A stretch of DNA of 62,842 bases, filler included, from Diploschistes diacapsis (Eukaryota), in assembly GCA_023645945.1 (NCBI GenBank). It is 5 parts of 5 records of this genome, joined end to end, with 100 filler letters (N's around TTAATTAATTAA, not from the genome) between each part and the next. Parts side by side here need not be neighbours in the genome. Positions count along the whole stretch, not along the records: positions 1 to 12,508 come from JALAIB010000733.1; 4 more parts are not named here. One strand, given 5' to 3'. Position 1 is the stretch's first letter; every line of letters begins with the position of its first letter. Under the pieces are notes generated by a model. That model saw only the letters and a list, made by a program, of their open reading frames with translations. It was not told the DNA's origin and did no database searches. Of this stretch, positions 1-11,404 are shown in pieces. Made by a program: the position numbers and the translations under genes.

Positions 1-19
1 GGCGGGGATCTCAACTTAC

Positions 20-40
20 CTGCGCATCGTTGTCGGCCAT
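20..40 (-). CDS. First exon (MADNDAQ) of a gene truncated by the contig start; possibly translation factor eIF5A
   Basis: Minus strand reads ATG GCC GAC AAC GAT GCG CAG followed by a perfect GTAAGT donor, with a pyrimidine-rich leader upstream; divergent from VPS52. MADNDAQ resembles remembered Pezizomycotina eIF5A N-termini, but 7 aa cannot establish identity. Confidence 0.4.
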
Positions 41-361
41 GATGAAGACTTGATGTCAAGGAGCGATGGACCGACAAAGTATAGCAGAGAGTGTAAGTTT
101 TAGATGGGAAGGGGAAGAAGGAAATGATGGCGAAAGGGAATGTGGAATGAAGGTCGAGGACAGGAATAAATTTTGGTGAGTGTAAATCCCATGTGGAGAG
201 CCGCGCTAAGGGGGCCAAAATGGACCAATTACAGACGGTGACTCGGAATCTGATGCCAAGACTGTCTTTTTGACCACAAACAGCTGTAGAAGTCAGTATA
301 TCCAGGTCGATTTGGTGACCCATTATTACCATACCCGAGCATTGACTGTCCCTCTCTAGCC

Positions 362-2593
362 ATGTTTCTGGATCGTTTCTCCAATCATCCTACTCCCTCG
401 GCATCCCCAGCTCCAAGTCAGAGGTCCTATTCTCCAGCTCCTCGTCGCCCCGGCCCACTAGGCTCGGGCCTGTCGAGACCATCTCTGCAGCCGCGATCAT
501 CCTCTCTTACTTCTCTCGTGTCTAGAGCCAACTCGTCGATCGGGTCGCTTCCAGGCATAGCTCGGCTACCCAATGGATCCGGCTTGAAACAGTCGACGGC
601 CGCGCCGCCCGACGTTGACGATCCTTTCGAGGTACTTGAGAAGATCGTTGGCGTGTCCCTACAAAGGTCAAAAGAAGACGGGAATGATGGCGCATCAACT
701 ATTCAGAAGCCGGACGAGCTACTGGACGATATCGATTTCGGCACTCTGAGTTTACAAGATTTTGTAGAGTCACGAGCGTCCAACAAGTCCTCAATTGAAG
801 TCGACGGGGAAATGGAGGACATACAATCAGTTGAGGAATGTGAGTACGTACACCTCCTTGTCACATTGGTTAAACTTGTGCTAAGAGGCGGTGTAGATGA
901 GAGTGAACGCGACAAGTTTGAGGATTTGCATCGATCGATACAGGTACAGGTCGCGGAATTTCGTAGTATTCTCCGTTTTTTAACAGCTCCAAGGCTTGTG
1001 ATAATGTTCTCAAATCTGTCGAAATCTCGTTAGCTGGTTTTCAAAAGGACCTCGGCATTGTCTCCATGGAGATCGAGACTCTCCAGACCAAGTCCGCGGC
1101 ACTCAACGCTCGGCTGGAAAACCGAAAGAAGGTCGAGCGGTTGCTTGGGCCGGCAGTCGAGGAGGTGTCCATCGCTCCCGCTGTTGTGCAATGTATCTCG
1201 ATTGGACAGATGGACGACAATTGGCTGAAGGCTCTGGCAGAGCTGCAGAAACGTCTCAAGGCTATAGAAACTAAGGCCAATGGCTCGGAGAATATCAAGG
1301 CCATGACGGACATCAGACCATTATTGGAAGGTCTGACATCAAAAGTATACCTATCTCAAGAACGCCTTCATTATCGCGCTCATCGGACGTATAGGCCACA
1401 GAGAGAATACGTGATTACTTAGTCGCGCAGATAAAAGCGATGCGGTCACCAAATATAAACGCGCAGATTATTCAGCAGCAAAACCTTGTTAGATATAAAG
1501 ATCTTTGGGGCTTTCTCATGAAGAACAATACTAAGCTTTCTGGCGATATTGGTCAGGCCTACATTAACACTATGCGGTGGTACTACCTGAATAATTTCAC
1601 AAGATACCAAGAAGCCCTGAACAGGCTATCTATAATTCGTATAGGGCAAACGGAAACAATAGGCGCTGATTCCGCCGCGCCGAGGCGTACGTGTCTGACT
1701 CTGTAACTCACGTCCTCCACTGAAATCATGCAGAGAAGTCTCCCGGCATGCCCGCCTCTCACGACGCCCACAACATCGGCCGTCGTGCCGACATCCTCAA
1801 GACCTCTAACACCACCGCTATAAGCTCCTATGCCGCCGAAGAGGACAAGAACAGTCATTACATCGAAACTTCCTTCCGCTCTTTCAACCTCGCCCTCATC
1901 GACAATATCAGCGCCGAGTACTCGTTCCTCACCGGATTCTTCCACACAGACACCTACGCGCAAATGTCCCGCCGCTGCGCCTCCATCTTCGAGCCCACCT
2001 TCGCCCTCGGGCAGACCTTAGCCACGGACCTCATCTCCCAGAGCTACGACTGCATCGGCATCCTCCTCTGCGTGCGCCTCACGCAGGCCTTCGCCTTCGA
2101 GCTGCAACGCCGCAAGGTCCCCGTCGCCGAATCCTACCTCAACGGCATGAACATGCTCCTCTGGCCGCGCCTGCAGCTTGCCATGGACGCCCACTCTGAA
2201 TCCATCAAGCAGGCCTCCGCCACCGTCTCTGCCCGCAGTGCCGCCTCCAAGCTCTCCTTCACCGGCCCCTCCGCCGCCGACCAGACGAAGCTGTCGACCG
2301 CCCCGCACCCGCTGACGCAGCGCTTCTCGCAGTTCCTCTACGGCATTCTGGCGGTCAGCAAGGATGCGGGGGACGACGAGCCTGTGACGAATTCGCTGCG
2401 CAGGCTGAGGGGCGAGTACGAAGCGTTTTTGCAGAAGGCGAGCAAAGGGGCGGGTGCGGATCAAAGGAAGAGGGATCGGTTTCTGAGCAACAATTATGCG
2501 CTTGTCATGACGATTATTGCGGATGCGCAGGGCAAATTGGCAGAGGAGCAGAAGGAGCATTTTGAGGAGTTGAGCGAAGGGCTTCGGAGATAG
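362..2593 (+). CDS. VPS52: GARP complex subunit Vps52/Sac2; exons 362-839, 897-943, 994-1344, 1395-1686, 1734-2593
   Basis: Four GT-AG introns join ORFs in frame. Vps52-type motifs: ACDNVLKSVE..FQKDLG..S.EIETLQ, RSPNINAQIIQQ, AYINTMRWYY, FRSFNLALIDN..AEYSF, YDCIGILLCVRL, FELQRRKVP, LLWPR, PHPLTQRF, FLSNNY. Confidence 0.93.
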
Positions 2594-2919
2594 GGCTTTG
2601 GTGACATGATGGGTATGGGGTGTTTCCGAGTAGTCTTTTGAGCCACTCATCTGTCAATGGGGACGGCAAGTGAAATAGCATACAGAGCAGCGTCCTCGTG
2701 AGGCTCCGAAATAATATTAACATTATCCGAAAAATATATATCTGGAGCTGATATCTATGTACAAAACCATGAAGAACACAAGGCGCTGCTAAAAAGAAAA
2801 CTCCCCGTTTTTGTCAGATGATATTTTCGATGAGAATTTATTTCTGCACGATCGTGAAGGTGGAGAAAAGAATTCATCCATGACATACCATTAGTCTCCC
2901 TTTCAAACCCCCCCCCCCT

Positions 2920-5900
2920 TCACCTTCCCCTCAAGTATCTCAACTGCTCCTCATCATCAATCCTAGGCATATACGTAACGGCTCTGACCGTCTTCGGCGC
3001 CGCCTCCGCCAGCTGCGCCAGCTTCTCATTCCTACCGCCGGAAAACGCATACCTGGCCCGGAAATCCATGTATCCCCTCGCCAACACCACGAGCGTGCGG
3101 TAGCTCGGGCTCGCGGCCTTGAGATGCCGCCGCTCCGGCGCCACGCGCTTCAGGTAGCTCCTGGGGCTGCGGAGCGCGGCCCAGCGCGGCCAGCCGGGGA
3201 AGTTGTGCATGAGGTAGTGCTCCGCCAGCTCGAAGGCATCCTCGTAGCGGCCGAAGTGACAGAGTGACTGGATGTAGTAGTTCCAGCACTTGCTGTCGAG
3301 GGCGAAGCCGGCAAGCAGCAGGGAGGTTACGAGCGGGTCGAGGTCGGCAAAGCGGCCCGAGGCGACGAGGGAGATCATGTAGTGGATTAGTGGTAGATGG
3401 AGGAGGAAGCGCCGGGAGGGCAGGACCCAGTCGTTGGGCTGGGTGGTGGGGTCGACGCCGATGCGGCAGGCAAGGGTTTGTGCTTTCTCGAGGGCGAGGT
3501 TCCAGCAGCGTTCGACCTCGGCGTGGTTGTTTTCGTTGCGGTGGGCGAGCATTAGGGCGGAGAGCATGCGAATAGGCGGGATGGTGGGGTTTTCGGTGGG
3601 GTGCTTGGATTGGTCTAGGGTTAAGTAACGGTCGAAGAGCTCAGTGACTTTCTCGAGAGAGCGTTTTTGCCCGTAGAGGACGATAAGGGTCTCGAAGTAA
3701 TTAGATGCATAAACCTCGCCGAGCGATTGCTGGGCGGTGCCGAGAATGGGGTGGTGAGAAGAGATGTCGGAAAGGCTTTCCCTGTTGAGGAAGTAGTCGA
3801 GGAGCTTTTCGGCAGCCTCAAGGGTGACCTCTTCGTAGTGGACTTGGCCAATTTCGTCCCGGGTGTCCTTCACGCTCTGCCCTGCTGCTGCTCGGACAAG
3901 GAGCGTTTTGGTACTGAAGTCTGGCTCCACATTGGAGCGCTCCATTTGACTCGCTACATTGAGCGCGAGGTCGTACTCTCGTGTACGGATGTATCCGGCT
4001 ATAATGATGGCAAAGTGGAATGATGTGGGGACCAGGTTTTTAGCCGCCATAATATCTGTGATGATTTTCATACCTAAGTTTGGCTGCCTTACTTTCGCAA
4101 GCCCTTGTATAAGGGCAGCATAAGTCATGTTGTTTTCTGGTACTCCCTTCTCTCCCATTTTTTTATGCAGGAAGTACATGTCGGTCACGTTTCCCTGGAT
4201 TGCATGAGCATACAGAACCGTGTTCCACATTTCAGTTTTATCTCCGGGAATATCTTTAGCAGTTGCATCGAAGAGAACCTTCTCGGCTTGATCCAAATCA
4301 TCGTCCTGAACGTGAGCAAAGACAAGAGAAGTCACCATGGATGCGTCCACCTGTATACCTCTCTCTGCAAGGTCGAAAATGAAGTTTTCGGCGGCCATCG
4401 CATCGCCCTTACTGCAATATGCCCGAATCATAAGTTTGAAGGTCGAAACGTTTGGCGACATGCCCTGCTCCTGCATCTTTGAAGCCCATGCCAAAGCTCC
4501 TTCGTAGTCACGGGATCTTAGATGAGCCCCAATCATGGCGTTCCAGATGGTGTCGCTTGCCTTGAGGCCGTTGTTGGACTGTATGGAGTCGAACAGACCT
4601 TTTGCTCCAGTCAAATCGGCATTGCGACCATAGGCCGATAAGAGTTGCGCATAGAAAGTATTTAGGTTTCCAACACGATGGGTTTTTCTAAATTCGCCTA
4701 GCATTTGCATGTACTCTTCAACATGGCCATGGTAAGAGAGATTCCTTAAGGCGAGTTCGTACTGTTTCCTATTTGGAGGTCCAAACAACTCCCTCAAGGT
4801 ATGAAACACCTCTCGAGCTCCTGTGTGATTGATTTTGCATAAACGATCGAGCAAATTGTTAAGAACTTGACGATCTTGTTTAAAGCCTTCCAGGGATCTG
4901 GTTCGCTTCCAGAGTCCATGCCCCAGCACTGTGAAAACGGCTTGCTTCGAGTCACTGCTGCTTGGAGAGATGAGCTGCTTAATGCCCAGATCATACATCT
5001 CATTGCTCGGTTCCACAACTGAGACTAGCGCATTCCAGATCTTCTTCAAGAGCATGGGCTCAAAGTCAATTGAAACCGACCGGTGAAGGAAATGCTCAAT
5101 GGTGTGAACCAGCAGAGGGGATACCTCCTTCTCGGAGTGACTCAGATGAGCCTCGGCACGACGTAAACGCCTCGTCAGTTGGATATTTTCGAGCATTTCT
5201 AGAATACTCTTTGCTAAGGAGTCGGAGTCATAGTTTGAGAGCGCCGCCCAGAATGCGGCCTCATCATGGTACGCCCGGAATTTCTCAAGCGCAAGTCGGC
5301 CGAACTCCCAGAACTGGAAAGAAAACGTCAAACCCAGAACAGCCGGCACTGCTGAACTCTCTTTGCCGAGCTGTAAAGCCCTTTCAAAGTAATATAAAGC
5401 CTGCGTCGGGCCCGCTGCCATCTCTCCCAGCTTCAGGATATAACGCCTCGGGTGTCGCGCGATATAACATGCCGTAATAACTCTCGCGAAATCGTCGGAG
5501 CTCCATAACGCGTCGTTGGGAGGAAGATGTTTCTCTCGAACAAACCGCAAATATCTGTAGGCGAAACTCTCGGCACATAGGCGAGCACCTTTGAGTTGTC
5601 CTTGAAAACCTGGCAGTTGGTCATCGTGCATAGCGGTAACATCGGCTTGATATTCAGGGTGCTCTTTCAGGTTGTTCCAAAGCCTTCGATACCACTCCGC
5701 GCGCTGAGCCAACGTTTGAAGATCATTGTTGGCATCATAACCTCGGAATACGCGAGCCGCTTTTGGTAGTTCTTCGCTACGTTCGAGGACCCCATAACCT
5801 TTCAAGGCTTCGCTTACTCTCTGGTCGAGTTCCAGGTTGTCCATGTGCATCATGCCCCCGTCTTCAGGCTCTTCAATTTTGGCCTCGCCCTGGGAAACAT

Positions 5901-6279
5901 GTTCCACTGCACTTGCGAAGTGCCGCAGCCCTTGAATAACTGATGTAGCTTTTCGGGAAGACCTGTAGATGGTGCTGTCTTTTGCGAGAATCCGACGCGC
6001 TAGAGAGAGTGCTTTGGGTGGATAGAGGAAATCGAGAATGAAGCTGCTTTTCAGCAGTGTCGGAATGTGGCCCCTTGCGGACTTGGTAAATCGCTGGACG
6101 AGCAAGGGCTTTTCGTACGGAGGAGTGCATAGGAGTTCAACCCACCACGACGGCAGATTAATGTCACCGGCGCCATGATCCCAGAATGTAGAATGTAAGA
6201 GGCGACGACTGCGGGTTAGAGATAGCGATCGAGCGTGTCTTGCGCCGTGCTGGGAACATATTGTAGCACGCTCTAGCAT
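2920..6279 (-). CDS. cya5: Mitochondrial pentatricopeptide-repeat protein, Cya5/Pet309-like COX1 translation regulator (1119 aa, intronless)
   Basis: Arg/Ser-rich presequence-like N-terminus; tandem ~35-aa PPR units (WNAMIGAH, FKLMIRAYC, WNTVLYAHA, YAALIQGLA, FAIIIAGY, WNYYIQSLC). Size and termini (LHSTFWDHGAGDINLPSWW; APKTVRAVTYMPRIDD) fit the Cya5 family. Confidence 0.82.
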   Translation of the reverse strand: MLERATICSQHGARHARSLSLTRSRRLLHSTFWDHGAGDINLPSWWVELLCTPPYEKPLLVQRFTKSARGHIPTLLKSSFILDFLYPPKALSLARRILAKDSTIYRSSRKATSVIQGLRHFASAVEHVSQGEAKIEEPEDGGMMHMDNLELDQRVSEALKGYGVLERSEELPKAARVFRGYDANNDLQTLAQRAEWYRRLWNNLKEHPEYQADVTAMHDDQLPGFQGQLKGARLCAESFAYRYLRFVREKHLPPNDALWSSDDFARVITACYIARHPRRYILKLGEMAAGPTQALYYFERALQLGKESSAVPAVLGLTFSFQFWEFGRLALEKFRAYHDEAAFWAALSNYDSDSLAKSILEMLENIQLTRRLRRAEAHLSHSEKEVSPLLVHTIEHFLHRSVSIDFEPMLLKKIWNALVSVVEPSNEMYDLGIKQLISPSSSDSKQAVFTVLGHGLWKRTRSLEGFKQDRQVLNNLLDRLCKINHTGAREVFHTLRELFGPPNRKQYELALRNLSYHGHVEEYMQMLGEFRKTHRVGNLNTFYAQLLSAYGRNADLTGAKGLFDSIQSNNGLKASDTIWNAMIGAHLRSRDYEGALAWASKMQEQGMSPNVSTFKLMIRAYCSKGDAMAAENFIFDLAERGIQVDASMVTSLVFAHVQDDDLDQAEKVLFDATAKDIPGDKTEMWNTVLYAHAIQGNVTDMYFLHKKMGEKGVPENNMTYAALIQGLAKVRQPNLGMKIITDIMAAKNLVPTSFHFAIIIAGYIRTREYDLALNVASQMERSNVEPDFSTKTLLVRAAAGQSVKDTRDEIGQVHYEEVTLEAAEKLLDYFLNRESLSDISSHHPILGTAQQSLGEVYASNYFETLIVLYGQKRSLEKVTELFDRYLTLDQSKHPTENPTIPPIRMLSALMLAHRNENNHAEVERCWNLALEKAQTLACRIGVDPTTQPNDWVLPSRRFLLHLPLIHYMISLVASGRFADLDPLVTSLLLAGFALDSKCWNYYIQSLCHFGRYEDAFELAEHYLMHNFPGWPRWAALRSPRSYLKRVAPERRHLKAASPSYRTLVVLARGYMDFRARYAFSGGRNEKLAQLAEAAPKTVRAVTYMPRIDDEEQLRYLRGR

Positions 6280-6581
6280 GCCAAGTTCCCAAGAATCCTA
6301 GAATCTAGCTTGGCTGTTCGCATGATTCACAGTAGTCGTTGACGACGGGGCACTGAAGTATCTGACTATAGAAGGAGGCGAAGAAAAAAGTGCAAATCAT
6401 GACGCAGAGAGAGCAAGTCCGTACCTGAGTTCCTCCCCGGAGATTCAAAAACGCCGGTCGGTCAGGCAAGTCGCTTCTACAACCCTAAAGGGCAGAGCGA
6501 TAGCAGGAAAGAATTCCTCTCTATACTACCATCTACTATCGTATTATATCGTGTTCACCCAGCAATCGGGATCCCGCAGAT

Positions 6582-8547
6582 ATGGATATCACCAGCTTCT
6601 TTATATCGAAGCGGAACGACTCTCTTCTTTCAGGAGACTATGGATCCTACAGAAAGGCTCTATCTCGACGGATACTGACGCTCCGGCGAAAGCTGGGCCG
6701 TACATCACCCAGGGGCAGGAAGTATACGGCAAAAACGCCCATTACAGCTAACGATGTATCCTCGGATCCCGAGTAAGTGAGCTGCTTGTGGGTTTTGCTA
6801 CCTACTGAATCTGTCGAGATTCGTTCACTTACAGATTCTGACGGCGGAGAGAGCCTGGGCACATGCTATGTATATGAAATCGATGCATTCCGCGGAATCG
6901 GATAAGGCAATAACTGGTTCTACGAGAGCCCATGTTCTTTCTAGGCTGGAAAAGGCCAAAAAGACTGTAGTCAAACTTGTTGACCTTTTACGTGATCCAG
7001 AGGCCTTAGCTCCTAAGAGTGCACTGCTGGAGGCTAGGGCATATTACTATTTGATGGATGGAGCCCTGCAGCTCGAAGCTCGAAAGTGGACACGTTGCTT
7101 AGAAGCCTATTCAGTGATACATGTTGTCTACAGCGTGCTGGCCCAAAAATCGAATCCGAAGAACTCTGAAATTTTCAAGGAGACAATCTCTAGCACCATA
7201 GAGCCTAGCATTCGATATGCAGCCTACCAGCTTTCAGTTCCGCGAACGATGGCCGTCCCTAATATTGTCCATAAGCATATCTCGAAATCTTCCGAAGCAA
7301 TCAAAGCCGTGTTGGAGCTTGATCCTAATGCACTTAAGGATCGAAAGGCAGTAACAAAGGTCCAGAAGGGCAAGAGCGGGAGGGATCTACCCAGTGCTAT
7401 CACCTGGCGGTCGAGAACTGTCAATATCGAGGATGCCAGAATCGCTCAGTCGCTCGCGTCCGCTTACGAGGCCGAAGAAAAATTAGCGGATTTGCTCTTC
7501 GCCGAGCCAGACATGGCACCGCCGGATAAAGCCACAGCATATGACGATGTGCTTAATCCAAGTCAAGATGCCGTGGACTCTACCAAAACTGCTATTGACG
7601 AGCTTAGTGCCGAGGGTGTGTCATCTGCTGATCCGCGCCTCCAAGCTCTGCAAGTAACCAGGACTGCCCTTAATTACGCACTTATAGGTTGGAGAGTAGG
7701 TAGGAATAGAGTGCTGTGCGGCCGCGAAGACGGCGCACATGTTGAGTTAGCTCAACGGAAACATAGGAAGAAATCGCCAAAACTGAGTAAAAGAGTAGCA
7801 GCACACCAGGAGAGCAATGCAGCCAAACTTGCCCGCCTGCGAGAACGACTGGTACTTTACGACAGCACGCTACAAAGCATTGATTCCATCAAAGAACTTC
7901 CAGGTGTTGCTGCAGATCAATCACTCGTGGAAGAGTTGGATAGCAAGAAGAGCTACTTCTCCGCGCTCCGGTAAGTCACTCTCAATTTCCGACACGCTGA
8001 GGCTGTTCGGCTCATCGAATATAGTTCTCTTACTCTGGCGCGGTCACATGTCCTTCTAGACAATCCCAAAAATGCTCTCGCTCTCTTTGCTCGCTCACTC
8101 TCCATCGTATCTACGATTGGCACCGCGGATCCGCCTCCTCCTCAAAGTAGGCCTCTCAGTCTCGAAGTCACACAATCACAAACAAACTCATTACAGCATC
8201 TCCTTCAGGGCCTTGTTACCCAGCATCAAGCGCTTGTTGAGCTCCACAATCTCCATGATGAAGCCGTGAGGGCTGAAAGAGGTAAGAAAGCTGGCTTGAC
8301 CCCGTTTATCGAACACCTAGATCAGTACCCCTTGGGCGGAGTTGATCTGACTCAACTGGTGGACTATCCCCCACGTTTGAGGCCGGTACCTGTGAAGCCG
8401 ATATTCTTGGATGTTGCCTGGAACTATATTGATTACCCTGGAAGAGAGAAGGCAGAGGTGATGGAAGATAAAGACGGACCGATAAATGTACAGACGCAGG
8501 ATGAAAAGAAGGAGACCAAGAGAGGATGGGGCTGGTTTGGTAGATAG
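6582..8547 (+). CDS. SRP68: Signal recognition particle subunit SRP68; exons 6582-6772, 6819-7970, 8025-8547
   Basis: MDIT.F..S.R..LL.GDY..YR start, ILTAERAWAHAM, IEPSIRYAAYQL, ITWRSRTV, and C-terminal YPPRLRPVPVKPIFLDVAWNYIDYP...GWGWFGR; splicing restores one frame. Confidence 0.93.
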
Positions 8548-9025
8548 CTGCTCATATAGGAGTTGCAGTTTGATAGCGACTTCAGGCCAATATAAATGCC
8601 CTCGGAGCAGTTGGTCGGTTGTCATTGCTTGCAATTCTACATCACATGCCTATGTAGCCCTTAACTAGGATTGATGTGGCTACCTGACATGTTGCTATAA
8701 CTTCTTTAGTAGCTCGAGTACTTGCCAAGATTTTATTGGCAGCAATGAATGGATGTAAATAAAATAGCCTCACTTTCATCTTGAAGGGCTAGAATACAGT
8801 AACTTGATGGTAGCTCCACGTTCAAAGTCTATTCATCATGATGTCTGTTGCGTTAAGCGAGGCTGCAGCTTTCGATTACGTCGACAACTGATCATACAGA
8901 CCTTTGTAATATGGGGCTCATACTGGACCATCTACAATACATCGCCATTGCCACACCCTAGAGCCTATTAATCCTTCAACAGCAACTGTGCAGCAGCATT
9001 TACCAACACTTTACAATCCAACATC

Positions 9026-9435
9026 ATGGCCGACAAAGAGTCCGGCGAACAGCATAAGCAAAGCGAGCCTCAGTCCGTAACCGGCGGCGCCGGACCACAC
9101 CCCACGGCAGCCAATACAGACAACCCGCAGGTACAGTTCACCTCTGCTGTTTGAACATAGGTTCTGGGAGATTGACGAAGAATACAGAAAGCAAGTGCTA
9201 ACGTGCCACCAACCGGCAACACCTTTGACCCCCAGAATCAGCCCGACTTCATGCGCAAGAAGCCGGGTGAGGGCGCTGGTGGGATTAAGGGGATGGTCGA
9301 GAACATTGCATCTGGGTATGTGCTTTCGAACACGACGATTTGTTGTGCGGTGGTTTCATACCACTCGATACCTATCTTTTCCGAATGCTGATTCTTCGTA
9401 GGCTGGCTCGAGGAGGAAATAGCTCGGGCAAGTGA
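9026..9435 (+). CDS. Small hydrophilic hypothetical protein (88 aa); exons 9026-9130, 9188-9315, 9402-9435
   Basis: ATG in CATCATGG context after a CA-rich leader; donors GTACAG and GTATGT, acceptors TACAG and CGTAG with branch-like motifs; the spliced frame is open to TGA at 9433-9435. Confidence 0.7.
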
Positions 9436-9825
9436 TGCATTGTGAATCTGTTACCGATGCTAGAGAGCTTCGAGGAGCCTGCGCTAATGCGTGATTATAC
9501 GATTAAGCGCTTTATACACAAGGACGAACGGACACAAGTTATGGCTACTGAAAACTTTGTACATACATAGCAGTACCTGATGCCCAAATTCCAATAACCA
9601 GACCACGCCGATGAGTGCACCATGACTGTTTCATCATAGCTGTGATATTCGCCACTGAACGCGCTACGTCATTTGAGTATTCACATGCAAATCTTGGCGT
9701 GTCGAGTCGAGCTTGGCGCGTCTCCAACAACAAACCCAGCTGTCCAAAACTTCTTGGAGCTCTTCGAACTACCAAATCCTCAATCACTTCCCTCTGTTGC
9801 GGTTTGTTTCTAATTGACAGCCAAC

Positions 9826-11404
9826 ATGGTATACATTAGGCAGAAAGACCTGCCACGGCTGCGCGAGTACAAGTACTCTGGTGTTGATCACTCGCTGGTG
9901 TCGAGGTACATCCTCAAGCCATTCTACACTAATGTTGTCATCAATTGCTTTCCTATGTCAATGGCGTAAGCTTGGATCATCACTGGGCAATGAAATATGC
10001 TCACTGTTGCTGCTTAGTCCGAACCTTGTGCGAATGACGCCCCCGGAGCAGGTGCATCAAGGGCTGACCCGGGGAACAAGATAACATTGTCCGGCTTTGG
10101 CTTCGTCGTGATCAATTTATTGACTATGCTATGGTACAATCCCACAATGGACCAAGACGCTCCGCCGTGGGTGTACGCTTCATGGGCAATTGGCTTGTTT
10201 CTGTATCAGACATTTGATGCCGTTGATGGCACGCAAGCGTAAGGGCAGCTGTCAAAACTGGATCAAAGCGTGAAGCTCAGGAGACATAGCCGAAGAACAA
10301 GACAAAGTGGGCCACTGGGCGAACTATTTGACCATGGTAATGCTTATCATGCAAGCCTCGTGGTCATTGCTAAGTTTCCCAGGCGTCGATGCTCTTAATA
10401 CTGTTCTTGAGGTGGTGCTCTTCGCAGCCGTCATGAACTTAGGCCAGGGATGGAAGACAGTCTTGACTCTCTTTGGCTGTAGGTTCACATGCAATAGTGC
10501 GTGAAGCCATCCCTAACTTACAATAGCTACCTTCACCTTCTACGTGCAAACTTGGGAGGAGTATTACACGCAGACCCTGACCCTCGGGATTGTATCAGGG
10601 CCCGTCGAGGGTATCCTTACATTGTGTCTCGTCTACGCTTTCACAGCAGTGGTTGGCCACGGAAGCTTCTGGTCGCAATCCATGCTTGGAACCATCGGAC
10701 TACCGGAGTACGACTTCATCCCAGACTACATCTACGATCTCCCATTCAATGAATGGTGGATCTTCTATGGCAGTGTGGTGCTTGTCTTTAACACAGCATC
10801 CAGGTGGACAACTTTGCCTTCTCCAAGTTAGCCTTATACTGACGATTAATCGCAGCATTAACAACGTTATTAATGCCCAGAAGAATCCTGCTCCGCATAC
10901 CAAGTCGCACAAGTTTCCTCTCCTGGGGCTCCTCCCAGCTCTCACGACATGGTTCCTCGTGCCACTCTACCTCTGGCTGCAGCCAGTAATTCTCAAGGAG
11001 CACCTAATACCCTTCATCCTCTACGTGGGCCTCATTAATGCGTACTCGGTTGGAAAGGTTATCATCGCACACCTGACCAAGAACCCAAATTTCCCAATGA
11101 CGAACAGCCTTCTGATACCCCTATGGTTTGCGGTCATTGATAGCTTCGGGCCCGTTCTTGGGCTTTGGCCAAGTGTTCTGGGTTCCGGCACATATCAAAT
11201 TGCATTTATGTTTGCTTGCCTAGGCTTGGGTGTTGGTGTACATGGTAGCTTTATCGTGAGTAACCATGTTAGAAACCAGGAGAGCTTTATGCTAATGGAC
11301 AATAGTACGATTGTATAACTACGATCTGCGACTATATGGACATCTGGTGTCTGACCATCAAGTACCCGTATAGAGGAGAGCCCGAGCAGAAGAAACTCGA
11401 GTAA
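9826..11404 (+). CDS. EPT1: Choline/ethanolamine phosphotransferase (CDP-alcohol phosphatidyltransferase), multi-intron, including a 10-nt micro-exon at 10018-10027
   Basis: MVYIRQ..LREYKYSGVDHSLVSRYILKPFY, APNLITLSG, CDP-alcohol motif [47 protein letters not shown], C-terminal DCITTICDYMDIWCLTIKYP; about 7 short introns. Confidence 0.92.
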
